NCBI GenBank assembly: GCA_012972835.1
Contig: JABDHK010000004.1
Location: 153,530-217,529 of the forward strand
Length of the DNA: 64,000 nt
From: Chlorobiaceae bacterium
GTDB taxonomy: Bacteria > Bacteroidota > Chlorobiia > Chlorobiales > Chlorobiaceae
Direction: 5' to 3'
Part shown: positions 52,681-61,100 of the stretch, piece by piece
How the letters are laid out: every line of letters starts with the position of its first letter
Numbering within the stretch: the stretch's first letter is position 1
Made by a program: the position numbers and the translations under genes
Notes under the pieces: model-generated
What the model was told of the DNA's origin: nothing
What the model saw: only the letters and a program-made list of their open reading frames with translations
Database searches by the model: none

Positions 52681-53382
52681 ATGGTTCCTCTCTTTATAAA
52701 AAGCACTCTCGTTATGATCAAACTGCCCGCACTCCTGCTTTTTATAACCTTGGGTTCTTCCATGCAGGAGATGTTTCATGACTACCGCCTGCAGTTACAA
52801 GCCAGTGCCCTCTATGAAAAACACGCTTACAGTCACGCAGAGAGCACCTTGCGACAACTTTTAAGCACCCTCCCTGAAGGAGAGATCACCACGGCAACCA
52901 CCTTTAATCTTGCCTGCACACTCTACATGCAAGGCAGATATGCTGATGCCGCCACGATGTTTGCACACAAACCAAAAACAGCAAGCAGACACCATGAGGT
53001 TGAGTTACAATCACTCTACAATGAAGGCAACTCGCTTGCCATGAGTGCCATCGGAACCTCCGGGAAAACTGGTAAAACAGCGCTTTTCCGCAACTCACTC
53101 GATCGCTTCAAAGCAGTGCTCCTGAATAACCCTAATGACGGCGATGCAAAAATCAATTACGAAATTGTCCGACGTTACCTTCATGAACTTGAAGCACCAA
53201 AGCATGGATCTTCATCCGGAACTGCAAAAAAAAGCAAAGTAGAGCCAAAATCGGGCATCGGTCACGATATATCAGAGCGACTGCTTGAACATTCTCAACA
53301 GGATGAATCTTCACTGATGCGACAACTTCCCCGGAATAGCGCTACAACTGCAAAGGGCAGCCATAACAACAGGGACTGGTAG
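52681..53382 (+). CDS. TPR-repeat protein, BatC-like
   Basis: Signal-like MIKLPALLLFITLGSS, with the probable real start at ATG 52714 because 52681 abuts the terminator. It has TPR-like repeats (FNLACTLYMQGRYADAATMF..., LYNEGNSLAM) and the conserved BatC-like NPNDGDAKINYEIV. Confidence 0.65.
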   Translation: MVPLFIKSTLVMIKLPALLLFITLGSSMQEMFHDYRLQLQASALYEKHAYSHAESTLRQLLSTLPEGEITTATTFNLACTLYMQGRYADAATMFAHKPKTASRHHEVELQSLYNEGNSLAMSAIGTSGKTGKTALFRNSLDRFKAVLLNNPNDGDAKINYEIVRRYLHELEAPKHGSSSGTAKKSKVEPKSGIGHDISERLLEHSQQDESSLMRQLPRNSATTAKGSHNNRDW

Positions 53383-53385
53383 AGC

Positions 53386-54831
53386 ATGGGTTCAATAAAA
53401 AAGGTTCTGCTGGTTTTTCTCCCTTCTGAAAGCGGTGTTGACGGAGCTCGCTCACTCTACAGCGAAAAGGATAAGAACATCATATTTTCATGGTTCAACC
53501 GTTCATTGAGAACCTTCATCAAGCAGAGCCAGTTTGCGATTCCTCCTCTTTCCCTCATGATACTCAGCTCGATCGAAGTAGATGGGGTTGAGCAGTCGAT
53601 CTGCGACATGCGTTTCGAAGAGTTTCCGTTGAACAGACAATGGGATCTGGTTGGTATAAGCGTACAGACCGGAATGGCAAAAAAGGCCTTCGCACTGGCC
53701 GACACCCTCCGTTCACGCGGGATCACGGTAGTGCTCGGTGGCGCCCACGTAACCCTTTTCCCGGAATCCTGCGAACCCCACGCTGATGTTCTGGTGCTCG
53801 GAGAGGCCGACGACCTATGGAAAGAGCTGCTTATCGATCTTACAACAGCCTCTCTCAAGCCTCTTTACCGCTCCGACACTTTTCCGGATCTGGCCATCTC
53901 AAGACCGGTCATGAAAACCTCACTGGTAAATAACCGCTACTTTACCACCAACCTGATACAGACAGGAAGAGGGTGTCAGCATAGCTGCGACTTCTGCAAT
54001 GTGCATCTCCTCAACGGCCATACCCTCCGAAGAAGAGCAATCGCCGACATTGTCTCTGAAGTCACCCGATTCAAGGGGAGTGACCGCAGAATATTCTTTT
54101 TTGTGGATGATTCCATCAACGCCGACCCAGCCTATGCCCTTGAACTTTTCCGAAAGCTCACTCCCCTGAAAATCCGCTGGTTCGGCCAATCAACCACAAC
54201 TCTTGGCCAGCAGCACGAGCTGCTTGAAACCTTTGCCCGCTCTGGCTGCATGGCGCTGCTTGTCGGTATAGAAAGTATTGAGGTTACAAGCAGGAATGCT
54301 CACAAAAAGAATCAGAACAAGGCCTCTGAACTCTCTCTTGCCATTAAAACCATTAGAAGTGCAGGAATAAGCCTCTACGGAAGTTTTATTTACGGACTCG
54401 ACGGTGATACGCTTGAAACTCCGGCGGCAATCCTTGATTTTATCGGTGATACAAGACTCGATGTCCCTGGAATCAATATCCTTCGACCCATTCCTGGAAC
54501 ACGGGTTTTCCAGCGGCTCAGGGAGGAGGGACGATTACTCTTTGATCCTCTCGACATCACTGCATTCCGTTACACTTTCGGTCAGGAAATGCTCTACACC
54601 CCGAAAAATATTCCGCTTGACGCTTTTATCGAAAGCTACTCAGCCCTGACACGGCAGATATTCACCATGAAAAGCTCAATAACAAGAGGCCTTGCGGCTC
54701 CGAGAGCAAAATCGGCTGTTCTTCTGTTTAATCTTTTTTACACCCATCTCTATAACCTCTCCCGTCATGACTTGCGGTATCAGCTTGAAAAGAACTCTAC
54801 GGAAAAAACCATTTTGCCATACGCTGAATAA
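53386..54831 (+). CDS. B12-binding-domain radical SAM protein
   Basis: 481 aa with an N-terminal Rossmann-like B12-binding region (DLVGISVQTG...VVLGGAHVT) and the radical-SAM cluster motif GRGCQHSCDFCNV. It starts 3 nt after the upstream stop. Substrate is unknown. Confidence 0.8.
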   Translation: MGSIKKVLLVFLPSESGVDGARSLYSEKDKNIIFSWFNRSLRTFIKQSQFAIPPLSLMILSSIEVDGVEQSICDMRFEEFPLNRQWDLVGISVQTGMAKKAFALADTLRSRGITVVLGGAHVTLFPESCEPHADVLVLGEADDLWKELLIDLTTASLKPLYRSDTFPDLAISRPVMKTSLVNNRYFTTNLIQTGRGCQHSCDFCNVHLLNGHTLRRRAIADIVSEVTRFKGSDRRIFFFVDDSINADPAYALELFRKLTPLKIRWFGQSTTTLGQQHELLETFARSGCMALLVGIESIEVTSRNAHKKNQNKASELSLAIKTIRSAGISLYGSFIYGLDGDTLETPAAILDFIGDTRLDVPGINILRPIPGTRVFQRLREEGRLLFDPLDITAFRYTFGQEMLYTPKNIPLDAFIESYSALTRQIFTMKSSITRGLAAPRAKSAVLLFNLFYTHLYNLSRHDLRYQLEKNSTEKTILPYAE

Positions 54832-54899
54832 TTTTTAAACTGTCGGTTATAAATTTCCGTACCACACCCTGCACAACAACCTTAACCCGTACCAAGAAT

Positions 54900-55352
54900 A
54901 TGAAAATGAAACCTTTTCTGCCTTTGTTGACCGTTGGCCTTGTTTTCCTTGGCGCATGCGGCCTTGAAAAACCACCTGCCAGTCTTAAGTTCCCCCAGGC
55001 AAAAGAAGAAGCAGCAGCTCCTGCACCCTCAGCACCCGCAGCAACAGCAACTCCTGCAGCCGCACCAGCAGCGGAAAAAGCTCCCGCAGATCCAAAACTT
55101 GCTGCCGGTAAAGCAGTCTATGACACAAACTGTGCCGCATGTCATGAGGCTGGCATGATGGGAGCCCCGAAACCAGGCGACAAGGCTGCATGGAGTGCAC
55201 GTATCCCTCAGGGTGTAGAGGCAATGGCTAAAAAATCAATCGCAGGCTTCCAGGGCAAGGCTGGCGCTATGCCGCCAAAAGGTGGAAACGCTACTCTGAC
55301 CGACGAAGCAATAACCAATGCAGTCGCCTTCATGGTCGACAAATCGAAATAA
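54900..55352 (+). CDS. Lipoprotein-anchored class I c-type cytochrome (c-555 paralogue with Ala/Pro linker)
   Basis: Lipobox LVFLGAC, an Ala/Pro-rich linker (AAAPAPSAPAATATPAAAPAAEKAPADP), heme motif CAACH, and ...GAMPPKGGN (Met ligand). Confidence 0.85.
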   Translation: MKMKPFLPLLTVGLVFLGACGLEKPPASLKFPQAKEEAAAPAPSAPAATATPAAAPAAEKAPADPKLAAGKAVYDTNCAACHEAGMMGAPKPGDKAAWSARIPQGVEAMAKKSIAGFQGKAGAMPPKGGNATLTDEAITNAVAFMVDKSK

Positions 55353-55425
55353 CCGGAACAAACTTTGACATTCAAACACACAATACCCGTTTTCATAAAC
55401 CCACAAATATAAGGGAGAATTATCC

Positions 55426-55755
55426 ATGTCTCGTTTCATGTCAGCTGCACTTTGTGCTCTTTTTGTTTTTTCAATGACCACAGCCAACGCCAGCGCTGCC
55501 GATGCTCCTGGTAAAGCTGTTTACGACATCAACTGCTCAACCTGCCACAAGGATGGCGTTATGAATGCCCCTAAACTTGGCGACAAGGCTGCATGGGCCC
55601 CACGTATCAAACAGGGCATTGCTGTATTGACCAAAAATTCAATTACAGGATTCAAGGGTAAAGTTGGCATGATGATGGCAAAAGGTGGCCATCCAAATCT
55701 TACTGACGCCCAGGTAAAAAGCGCTGTAGAATATATCGTCCTTCAGAGCAAATAA
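55426..55755 (+). CDS. cycA: Soluble cytochrome c-555-type (class I, c5-like)
   Basis: Signal peptide, CSTCH heme motif, GVMNAPKLGDKAAWAPRI...GMMMAKGG.PNLTDAQV. This closely resembles Chlorobiaceae cytochrome c-555 as I remember it. Confidence 0.85.
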   Translation: MSRFMSAALCALFVFSMTTANASAADAPGKAVYDINCSTCHKDGVMNAPKLGDKAAWAPRIKQGIAVLTKNSITGFKGKVGMMMAKGGHPNLTDAQVKSAVEYIVLQSK

Positions 55756-55776
55756 GCTCTTTGCCAATGACGGCTG

Positions 55777-55809
55777 AAAGGCGGGACGATCTCCCGCCTT
55801 TTTGGTTTT
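55777..55809 (+). terminator. Rho-independent terminator after cycA
   Basis: AAAGGCGGGA-cgatc-TCCCGCCTTT followed by TTGGTTTT. Confidence 0.85.
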
Positions 55810-55837
55810 CTGTCGAAAATCACACTGCTATCCGATC

Positions 55838-56095
55838 ATGATCTATCAAACAGAGTACCTTGGCTATGCTGCAGGAATCATTACTACCCTGGCGTTTCTT
55901 CCTCAGGCCATAAGGATTTTCAGAACCCGCCGTACCCGCGATATCAGCCTGCTTTGGGCTTTTGCCATGAATATCGGGATTATTCTCTGGCTTCTGTATG
56001 GCATTGCAAAAAACGATCTACCAATTATTGCCGCCAATAGTATCACCTTGATGCTTCTCATGATCATTCTTTACTGTAAAGTTCGCTACAGATAG
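55838..56095 (+). CDS. SemiSWEET / PQ-loop (MtN3-like) 3-TM transporter
   Basis: 85 aa from ATG 55838: MIYQTEYLGYAAGIITTLAFLPQAIRIF.TRRT.DISL....., i.e. 3 TM helices with the PQ motif. The track ORF starting at 55802 overlaps the terminator. Confidence 0.75.
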   Translation: MIYQTEYLGYAAGIITTLAFLPQAIRIFRTRRTRDISLLWAFAMNIGIILWLLYGIAKNDLPIIAANSITLMLLMIILYCKVRYR

Positions 56096-56190
56096 AGACG
56101 TGAAGCTCATCCCAGCGCTGAAGATGGAAAATCAGCTGAAAAAGCGTACATATCAATACAAACCAATCATTTAAAATAATAGAGTATTCA

Positions 56191-56991
56191 ATGAATCATC
56201 TTCATATCGGCTTTGTAGGAACAGGAAGAATTGCCCGGGCCCTTATTGCAGGACTAAGTGGAAAAAAAAACACAATTATTTCAGGTTTTGACAAAGATCC
56301 TGCAGCTCTCGCTTCCATTGCAGCCGACTACCCCGTTCTCCCCTGCCTCTCTATTGAAGAGATTGCCATTAAGGCACAGGTTATCATTCTTGCCGTTAAA
56401 CCCTACCAGGTCGCAGAGGTGCTGATGGAGCTGAAACCATCCCTCAGTACCGACCACCTGCTGATAAGCGTTGCCGCAGGAATCTCCTCAGAATTTATTG
56501 TCAATAACTCCATAGATACCCTGAGAGTTATTCGGGTAATGCCCAATACCCCAGCATTTGTTGGCGAAGGAATGACTGCTGTCAGCAGAGGAAAAATGGC
56601 TTCTGACGAAGACGTTACTCTTGCCTGTGACCTGTTCAGCTCAATCGGTCGGGTCGCCACTCTCGATGAATCACAGATGGACGCCGCAACTGCACTTTCA
56701 GGCAGCGGCCCAGCCTATATGTTCCATATTCTTGAATCCCTTGTCCAAGGCGGAGTTCAGTGCGGACTTTCAAACGATGAAGCCCTGCTCTTAAGCGCAC
56801 AAACTATGCTTGGAGCAGCAAAAATGGTACTTTCAGGAGAGAAAAGCCCAGAGGCACTGAAACGTGAGGTCACCACACCGGGAGGAACCACTGAAGCAGG
56901 ACTGAAAATTCTTGAAGAACAAAATATCCGCCAGATTCTTGTTGAAACAGTAGCTGTTGCAGCGACACGATCCATGGAACTCATGAAATAA
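56191..56991 (+). CDS. proC: Pyrroline-5-carboxylate reductase
   Basis: IGFVGTGRIARAL NAD(P) motif, ...RVMPNTPA..GEG..., ...VTTPGGTTEAGL. Confidence 0.93.
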   Translation: MNHLHIGFVGTGRIARALIAGLSGKKNTIISGFDKDPAALASIAADYPVLPCLSIEEIAIKAQVIILAVKPYQVAEVLMELKPSLSTDHLLISVAAGISSEFIVNNSIDTLRVIRVMPNTPAFVGEGMTAVSRGKMASDEDVTLACDLFSSIGRVATLDESQMDAATALSGSGPAYMFHILESLVQGGVQCGLSNDEALLLSAQTMLGAAKMVLSGEKSPEALKREVTTPGGTTEAGLKILEEQNIRQILVETVAVAATRSMELMK

Positions 56992-56996
56992 TTATT

Positions 56997-58343
56997 ATGA
57001 CAAGAGGCGTTTATCGTTACCTATACCGAGCCATTTTCACGCTTTTGATAGCATTTCTTGCCTCTCCGGCACTGGCCGGAGAGGCAAGAAATCGAGAGAA
57101 CAAAATCTTTCTCGCTTCTTCGATAAACAACAGCCACCCCTATGTTGGTCAGGAAACAGTTCTGACCTATACCCTCTATTTCAAGGAGACCGCACCGAAA
57201 ATATCCAATGAAACAATCCCTTTGCTTCGAGGAGTCTGGGCAAAAGAAACACCGCCTGAGCGCTACATCCAAAGCATACCAGCATTGTTTCAGGGGGGAA
57301 TTTTCCGAAGCGCTGTTATAAAGCAATTCCGACTTGTACCACTTCAAAGCGGTGAAATCACTGTTGCAGGATACAGTATAGTGTGTACCCAGCCACAGGA
57401 ACAAATTCCTGATGGTGGAAAAGATGTTTCGGATACCCGTTTACGGATTACAGCGCCACAGGTAATTATCTCCGCTCAAGCCCTTCCCGAGCCGGTACCT
57501 GAAGGATTTGCCGGCGCCATCGGTACCTTTCAGCTTAATCTCCTTGCAAACAAAAAAAGCATTAAGGCAGGAGAACCATTAATTCTAAAGCTCCTGCTCT
57601 CAGGAACAGGGAGTCTGCTTACCCTGAAACTCCCGGATCTTCACCTTCCCGCAAGTTTTCGACAGAATCCTCCTGAAATCACAACAACGTTAAAAGCAAA
57701 TGCACTACCTACAACCGGCTCCATAACAGCAACAACTGTTGCCTGGCCTCCTTCTGTGGGTGACTATCAACTCCCATCAGTGCAAAGTGTTGTTTTCAAT
57801 CCTGAAACCAAACAGTTCGACACCATTTTTACAAAACCGCTGACCATAACAGTAACCCCTGCCGCACAAAGAACAACATCAAGTGGTGTGCTGCCTCCCA
57901 CTGTCGTTCCAGAACAAGAGACAACGTTTTCAATACAGCTCATTATCGCCGCCATTGCCCTACTGTTAGCCTCTGCCTTTGTGGTAATAAGGAAACAGAC
58001 GAACACGGCAAAAAAAACACAACTTCATGGCAAGGAAAAGATGCAAACTGAGAGCGGCAGATCTGCAGCAAGCCTGAAACAACAACTTTTTGTGGAACTT
58101 GAAAATTCTGGAATCAAAAGTCCGGGAGGCCTGACAAGAGTAGAACTGAACCATGCACTGCATGAAATCGGAATTCCTGACAATGTTCAGTTGGAATTCA
58201 CTGCACTGCTTGACACACTGGACAAAATCCTTTACACTCCAGCCGGAGCAAAACAAGGCACTACTTCTGACTCGATTGCGGCAAAGGTTAACACTCTCTC
58301 AATAGCACTGAAAAACGCAGCGGGTTCCCAGAATATTCAATGA
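56997..58343 (+). CDS. BatD-like oxygen-tolerance protein
   Basis: 448 aa with a signal peptide, repeated beta-rich domains (YVGQETVLTYTLYF; AGEPLILKLLLSGTGSL), a late TM helix (IQLIIAAIALLLASAFVVI), and a cytoplasmic tail. Confidence 0.7.
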   Translation: MTRGVYRYLYRAIFTLLIAFLASPALAGEARNRENKIFLASSINNSHPYVGQETVLTYTLYFKETAPKISNETIPLLRGVWAKETPPERYIQSIPALFQGGIFRSAVIKQFRLVPLQSGEITVAGYSIVCTQPQEQIPDGGKDVSDTRLRITAPQVIISAQALPEPVPEGFAGAIGTFQLNLLANKKSIKAGEPLILKLLLSGTGSLLTLKLPDLHLPASFRQNPPEITTTLKANALPTTGSITATTVAWPPSVGDYQLPSVQSVVFNPETKQFDTIFTKPLTITVTPAAQRTTSSGVLPPTVVPEQETTFSIQLIIAAIALLLASAFVVIRKQTNTAKKTQLHGKEKMQTESGRSAASLKQQLFVELENSGIKSPGGLTRVELNHALHEIGIPDNVQLEFTALLDTLDKILYTPAGAKQGTTSDSIAAKVNTLSIALKNAAGSQNIQ

Positions 58344-58364
58344 GCAAAAAAGTTCGCAATAACA

Positions 58365-59216
58365 CTACACCTCGCAAGGCTCATCATGCATGCCAAAAAG
58401 TGCAACAGCGAGTTCTGGATAATCGGTGATGATGCCTTCGGCACCAAGATGCTTCATAGCCAGCATCTCTTCTTCCCGGTTCACTGTCCAGGGTATCATT
58501 CCTATCTTTTGTGCATGGAGATAGTCAGTCAGCTCGCGATCAACAAGAGAAAAATGGGGATTGACATATCGAGGTAAAAAACCAAGTGCCTGCAGAAGCC
58601 GCTCTTTGTTGTTCTTTTCCTCAATCAGCAATCCATAGCATAGATTGGGATTAATCTTCCATGCCTCTTGAACCACACGATAATCAAAAGACTGTATCCT
58701 GACTCGACTCAATAGCCCTGCATTTTCAACAAGACCCAGAAGGAGTGCAGCATACCAGTCAGGCGTTGGATGAAAAATCCCGTCCTTATCCGGCCACGAC
58801 TTTATTTCAAGATTATAGATCATGCTCCCCGTCACCCCCTTCGATGCGATATAAGCATCAACTGTTTTAAACACCTCACCGAGAAGTGGCTTGCAGGCAA
58901 CAAGACGTTGCTGATGGGGAAAAAAGGGATGAGGCAAGCCACAATCAAAGGTAGCAATATCGGCATAAGCCATATCGAAAATGACGTAGCGCTGCCAATC
59001 TTCATTGCTTAGTGGACGCCCGGAAGCATCAGCACAAAGGGGAGCGGAAAGGAAGGGATCATGAGACACAACAATCTGGTAATCTTTCGAAACCACCAGA
59101 TCAAGTTCCAGAACCCTGACACCAATATCTACAGCTTTGCAGAATGCCTGCAGGGTATTTTCAGGAAAGAACGATCTTGCCCCTCGATGAGCCTGGATTT
59201 CAAAACCACTATTCAC
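58365..59216 (-). CDS. Glycerophosphodiester phosphodiesterase family protein
   Basis: EIQAHRGARSFFPENTLQAF...ELDLVVSKD..VVSHD... is the GDPD catalytic signature. Confidence 0.85.
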   Translation of the reverse strand: MNSGFEIQAHRGARSFFPENTLQAFCKAVDIGVRVLELDLVVSKDYQIVVSHDPFLSAPLCADASGRPLSNEDWQRYVIFDMAYADIATFDCGLPHPFFPHQQRLVACKPLLGEVFKTVDAYIASKGVTGSMIYNLEIKSWPDKDGIFHPTPDWYAALLLGLVENAGLLSRVRIQSFDYRVVQEAWKINPNLCYGLLIEEKNNKERLLQALGFLPRYVNPHFSLVDRELTDYLHAQKIGMIPWTVNREEEMLAMKHLGAEGIITDYPELAVALFGMHDEPCEV

Positions 59217-59218
59217 TC

Positions 59219-59734
59219 TTACTGAACAACAATCCAGTGTTTGAAGCCTTCAAAAGTCTTGTCAAAAACGCTGTGCCCCTTTAGATCAGTTGATGATGCC
59301 AGCTGACCCTCATGGCCAACAATGGCAAAATAAATAGCCTTTTCGTAAAAGTAGTTCAACTGATGAGAAAATTCGATGGCCCTGTTTAAATCAATACCTT
59401 CGGTAACAATACCTTCATCAAGAATGTAACTCCAGAGAAGATCTCTTTCAAGCATGAACGAATAGACCATTTCGCTGCTTTTAATTCCAGACTGCGCAGC
59501 ATGAACACCGATATCACAAAACTGCTCTGCGATATCCCGATCACGTCCCTCTTGCTTGCCTATCCACTGGCCAAGTCGTCTGAACCGGCTATAGACAATA
59601 TCATGAAGAGTCTCTTTTGAAAGCGCACTGTAACCTGCTGTGAGAGGATTGTTGCGGATAATCTTGACCCATTGCAGAGATAGGGATTCCGCATGATCTT
59701 CAATAAGACGAATGAAGCGATTGATAAGCAGCAT
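59219..59734 (-). CDS. Hypothetical protein (171 aa, all-helical)
   Basis: Clean ORF 2 nt upstream of the GDPD gene. There is a vague resemblance to N-terminal sensor domains of RsbR-type proteins, but I have no firm recognition. Confidence 0.5.
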   Translation of the reverse strand: MLLINRFIRLIEDHAESLSLQWVKIIRNNPLTAGYSALSKETLHDIVYSRFRRLGQWIGKQEGRDRDIAEQFCDIGVHAAQSGIKSSEMVYSFMLERDLLWSYILDEGIVTEGIDLNRAIEFSHQLNYFYEKAIYFAIVGHEGQLASSTDLKGHSVFDKTFEGFKHWIVVQ

Positions 59735-59881
59735 GGCAAAAAAGATGTAATGATTAAGTTACCACCTTTTAAAGCTACGAATCTTCTTTGAAGAGTTCAA
59801 AAAATGAAATCGCATCACACAATTCTCACCATTGAAGCGGTTGAGAATTAAAGATTTAGCACACACTCTCAGCTGAACCTC

Positions 59882-60190
59882 TTAAGGGTTGCGTTTGGCT
59901 GGAGAAGCGCGGTATACCTTGGAGGATTGTTTCTTTTTCGGTTTCTTTTTCTGCAGCTTGTTTCCGTCAGCACTTTTCGAGGCCGATCGGCCCCCCGTAC
60001 TGCTCACGCTGAAATAATCGGAAGCGTTTTTACTTCTGCTTTTGTTAAAACGGTTTTTTCGATACTTTTTTTCAAGGTCGGCGTAAGGGCTTGGCGGATC
60101 TGGAGAGGTATTGGGATTATTAAAATTCGGCTCGTCAATGACCTCATCTACATCATCCAAAACCACTTCGGGATGAACTTTATTAAGCAA
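59882..60190 (-). CDS. Hypothetical Lys/Ser-rich, probably disordered protein (102 aa)
   Basis: Low-complexity basic sequence. A competing 106-aa ORF on the plus strand looks less protein-like. Coding status is uncertain. Confidence 0.35.
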   Translation of the reverse strand: MLNKVHPEVVLDDVDEVIDEPNFNNPNTSPDPPSPYADLEKKYRKNRFNKSRSKNASDYFSVSSTGGRSASKSADGNKLQKKKPKKKQSSKVYRASPAKRNP

Positions 60191-60391
60191 GTTGTTTCAG
60201 TTTATGTTGAACAAATCAGGAGCATTTTTTACTCACGATCATTCTGAAGGGAACATAATTTACAAAATTCGAATTAAATTGCAAACAATAGCATCATCAA
60301 ATATTGAAGAACTTCCTGATTATGTTTTTGCGTTGCTTGTTGTCAGTTTAAGTATTAAATTTTACTTATTTAATAAAAAAAGGAGCTTGTT

Positions 60392-60568
60392 ATGGATATT
60401 CGCCGTTTGATTCTCGCAGTTATTCTCCCCCCCTCCGCAGTGATGAACAAGGAAGCCGGGACTATCATGCTGACAGGACTTCTTACACTGCTCGGCTGGT
60501 TGCCTGGTGTTGTTTTTGCTCTTTTTCTTATATCCCAGGAAAAGTGCCAGTGCCAGGTGAAAGCCTGA
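60392..60568 (+). CDS. Pmp3/YqaE-family proteolipid (58 aa)
   Basis: Not in the ORF track. My translation is MDIRRLILAVILPPSAVMNKEAGTIMLTGLLTLLGWLPGVVFALFLISQEKCQCQVKA*, preceded by AGGAG 6 nt upstream. ILPP...LLT.LGW.PGV..A is the UPF0057/Pmp3 signature. Confidence 0.75.
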   Translation: MDIRRLILAVILPPSAVMNKEAGTIMLTGLLTLLGWLPGVVFALFLISQEKCQCQVKA

Positions 60569-60620
60569 CACTCTTGAACATTGTTGGCAATGACCAAAAA
60601 AGCCAAGGAAACCGTCTGTT

Positions 60621-61085
60621 ATGAAGCTACTTGTCGCTATCGACTTCTCGGAACTTGCCGACAGGATTATTACCGAAGCAGAAATACTCGCCAAATCTCT
60701 ACATGCGAAAGTTTTTCTGCTTCATGTAATACCCCCACCTTCACCAATCATTGACATACCTCCCGACGTTGAAGCCCTGCTTCCGCCAACAGAACAGCTT
60801 AATCAAGAGAGCCTTCCTGCTCCCTTTGATATCCCCGAATCCGCAAAACTTATAACAATTGCCAAACAGTTGCGGGAGTGCGGCATTGATACAGCAGCCA
60901 TCATAACACAAAACGACGAGGTAACCGCAATTATTGACGAAAGTGAAAAAAATGGCGCTGATATGATTATGCTTGGATCACATGGACATGGAGCGCTCTT
61001 TCACCTCCTCATCGGCAGTGTATCAGAAGGAGTAATCCGTCGGGCAACTTGCCCGGTTATTATTGTGCCTTCAAAAAAACGGTGA
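60621..61085 (+). CDS. Universal stress protein (UspA family)
   Basis: MKLLVAIDFSE... and the C-terminal GSHGHGALFHLLIGSVSEGVIRRATCPVIIVP. Confidence 0.88.
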   Translation: MKLLVAIDFSELADRIITEAEILAKSLHAKVFLLHVIPPPSPIIDIPPDVEALLPPTEQLNQESLPAPFDIPESAKLITIAKQLRECGIDTAAIITQNDEVTAIIDESEKNGADMIMLGSHGHGALFHLLIGSVSEGVIRRATCPVIIVPSKKR

Positions 61086-61100
61086 AAACACTGCTCTGCC

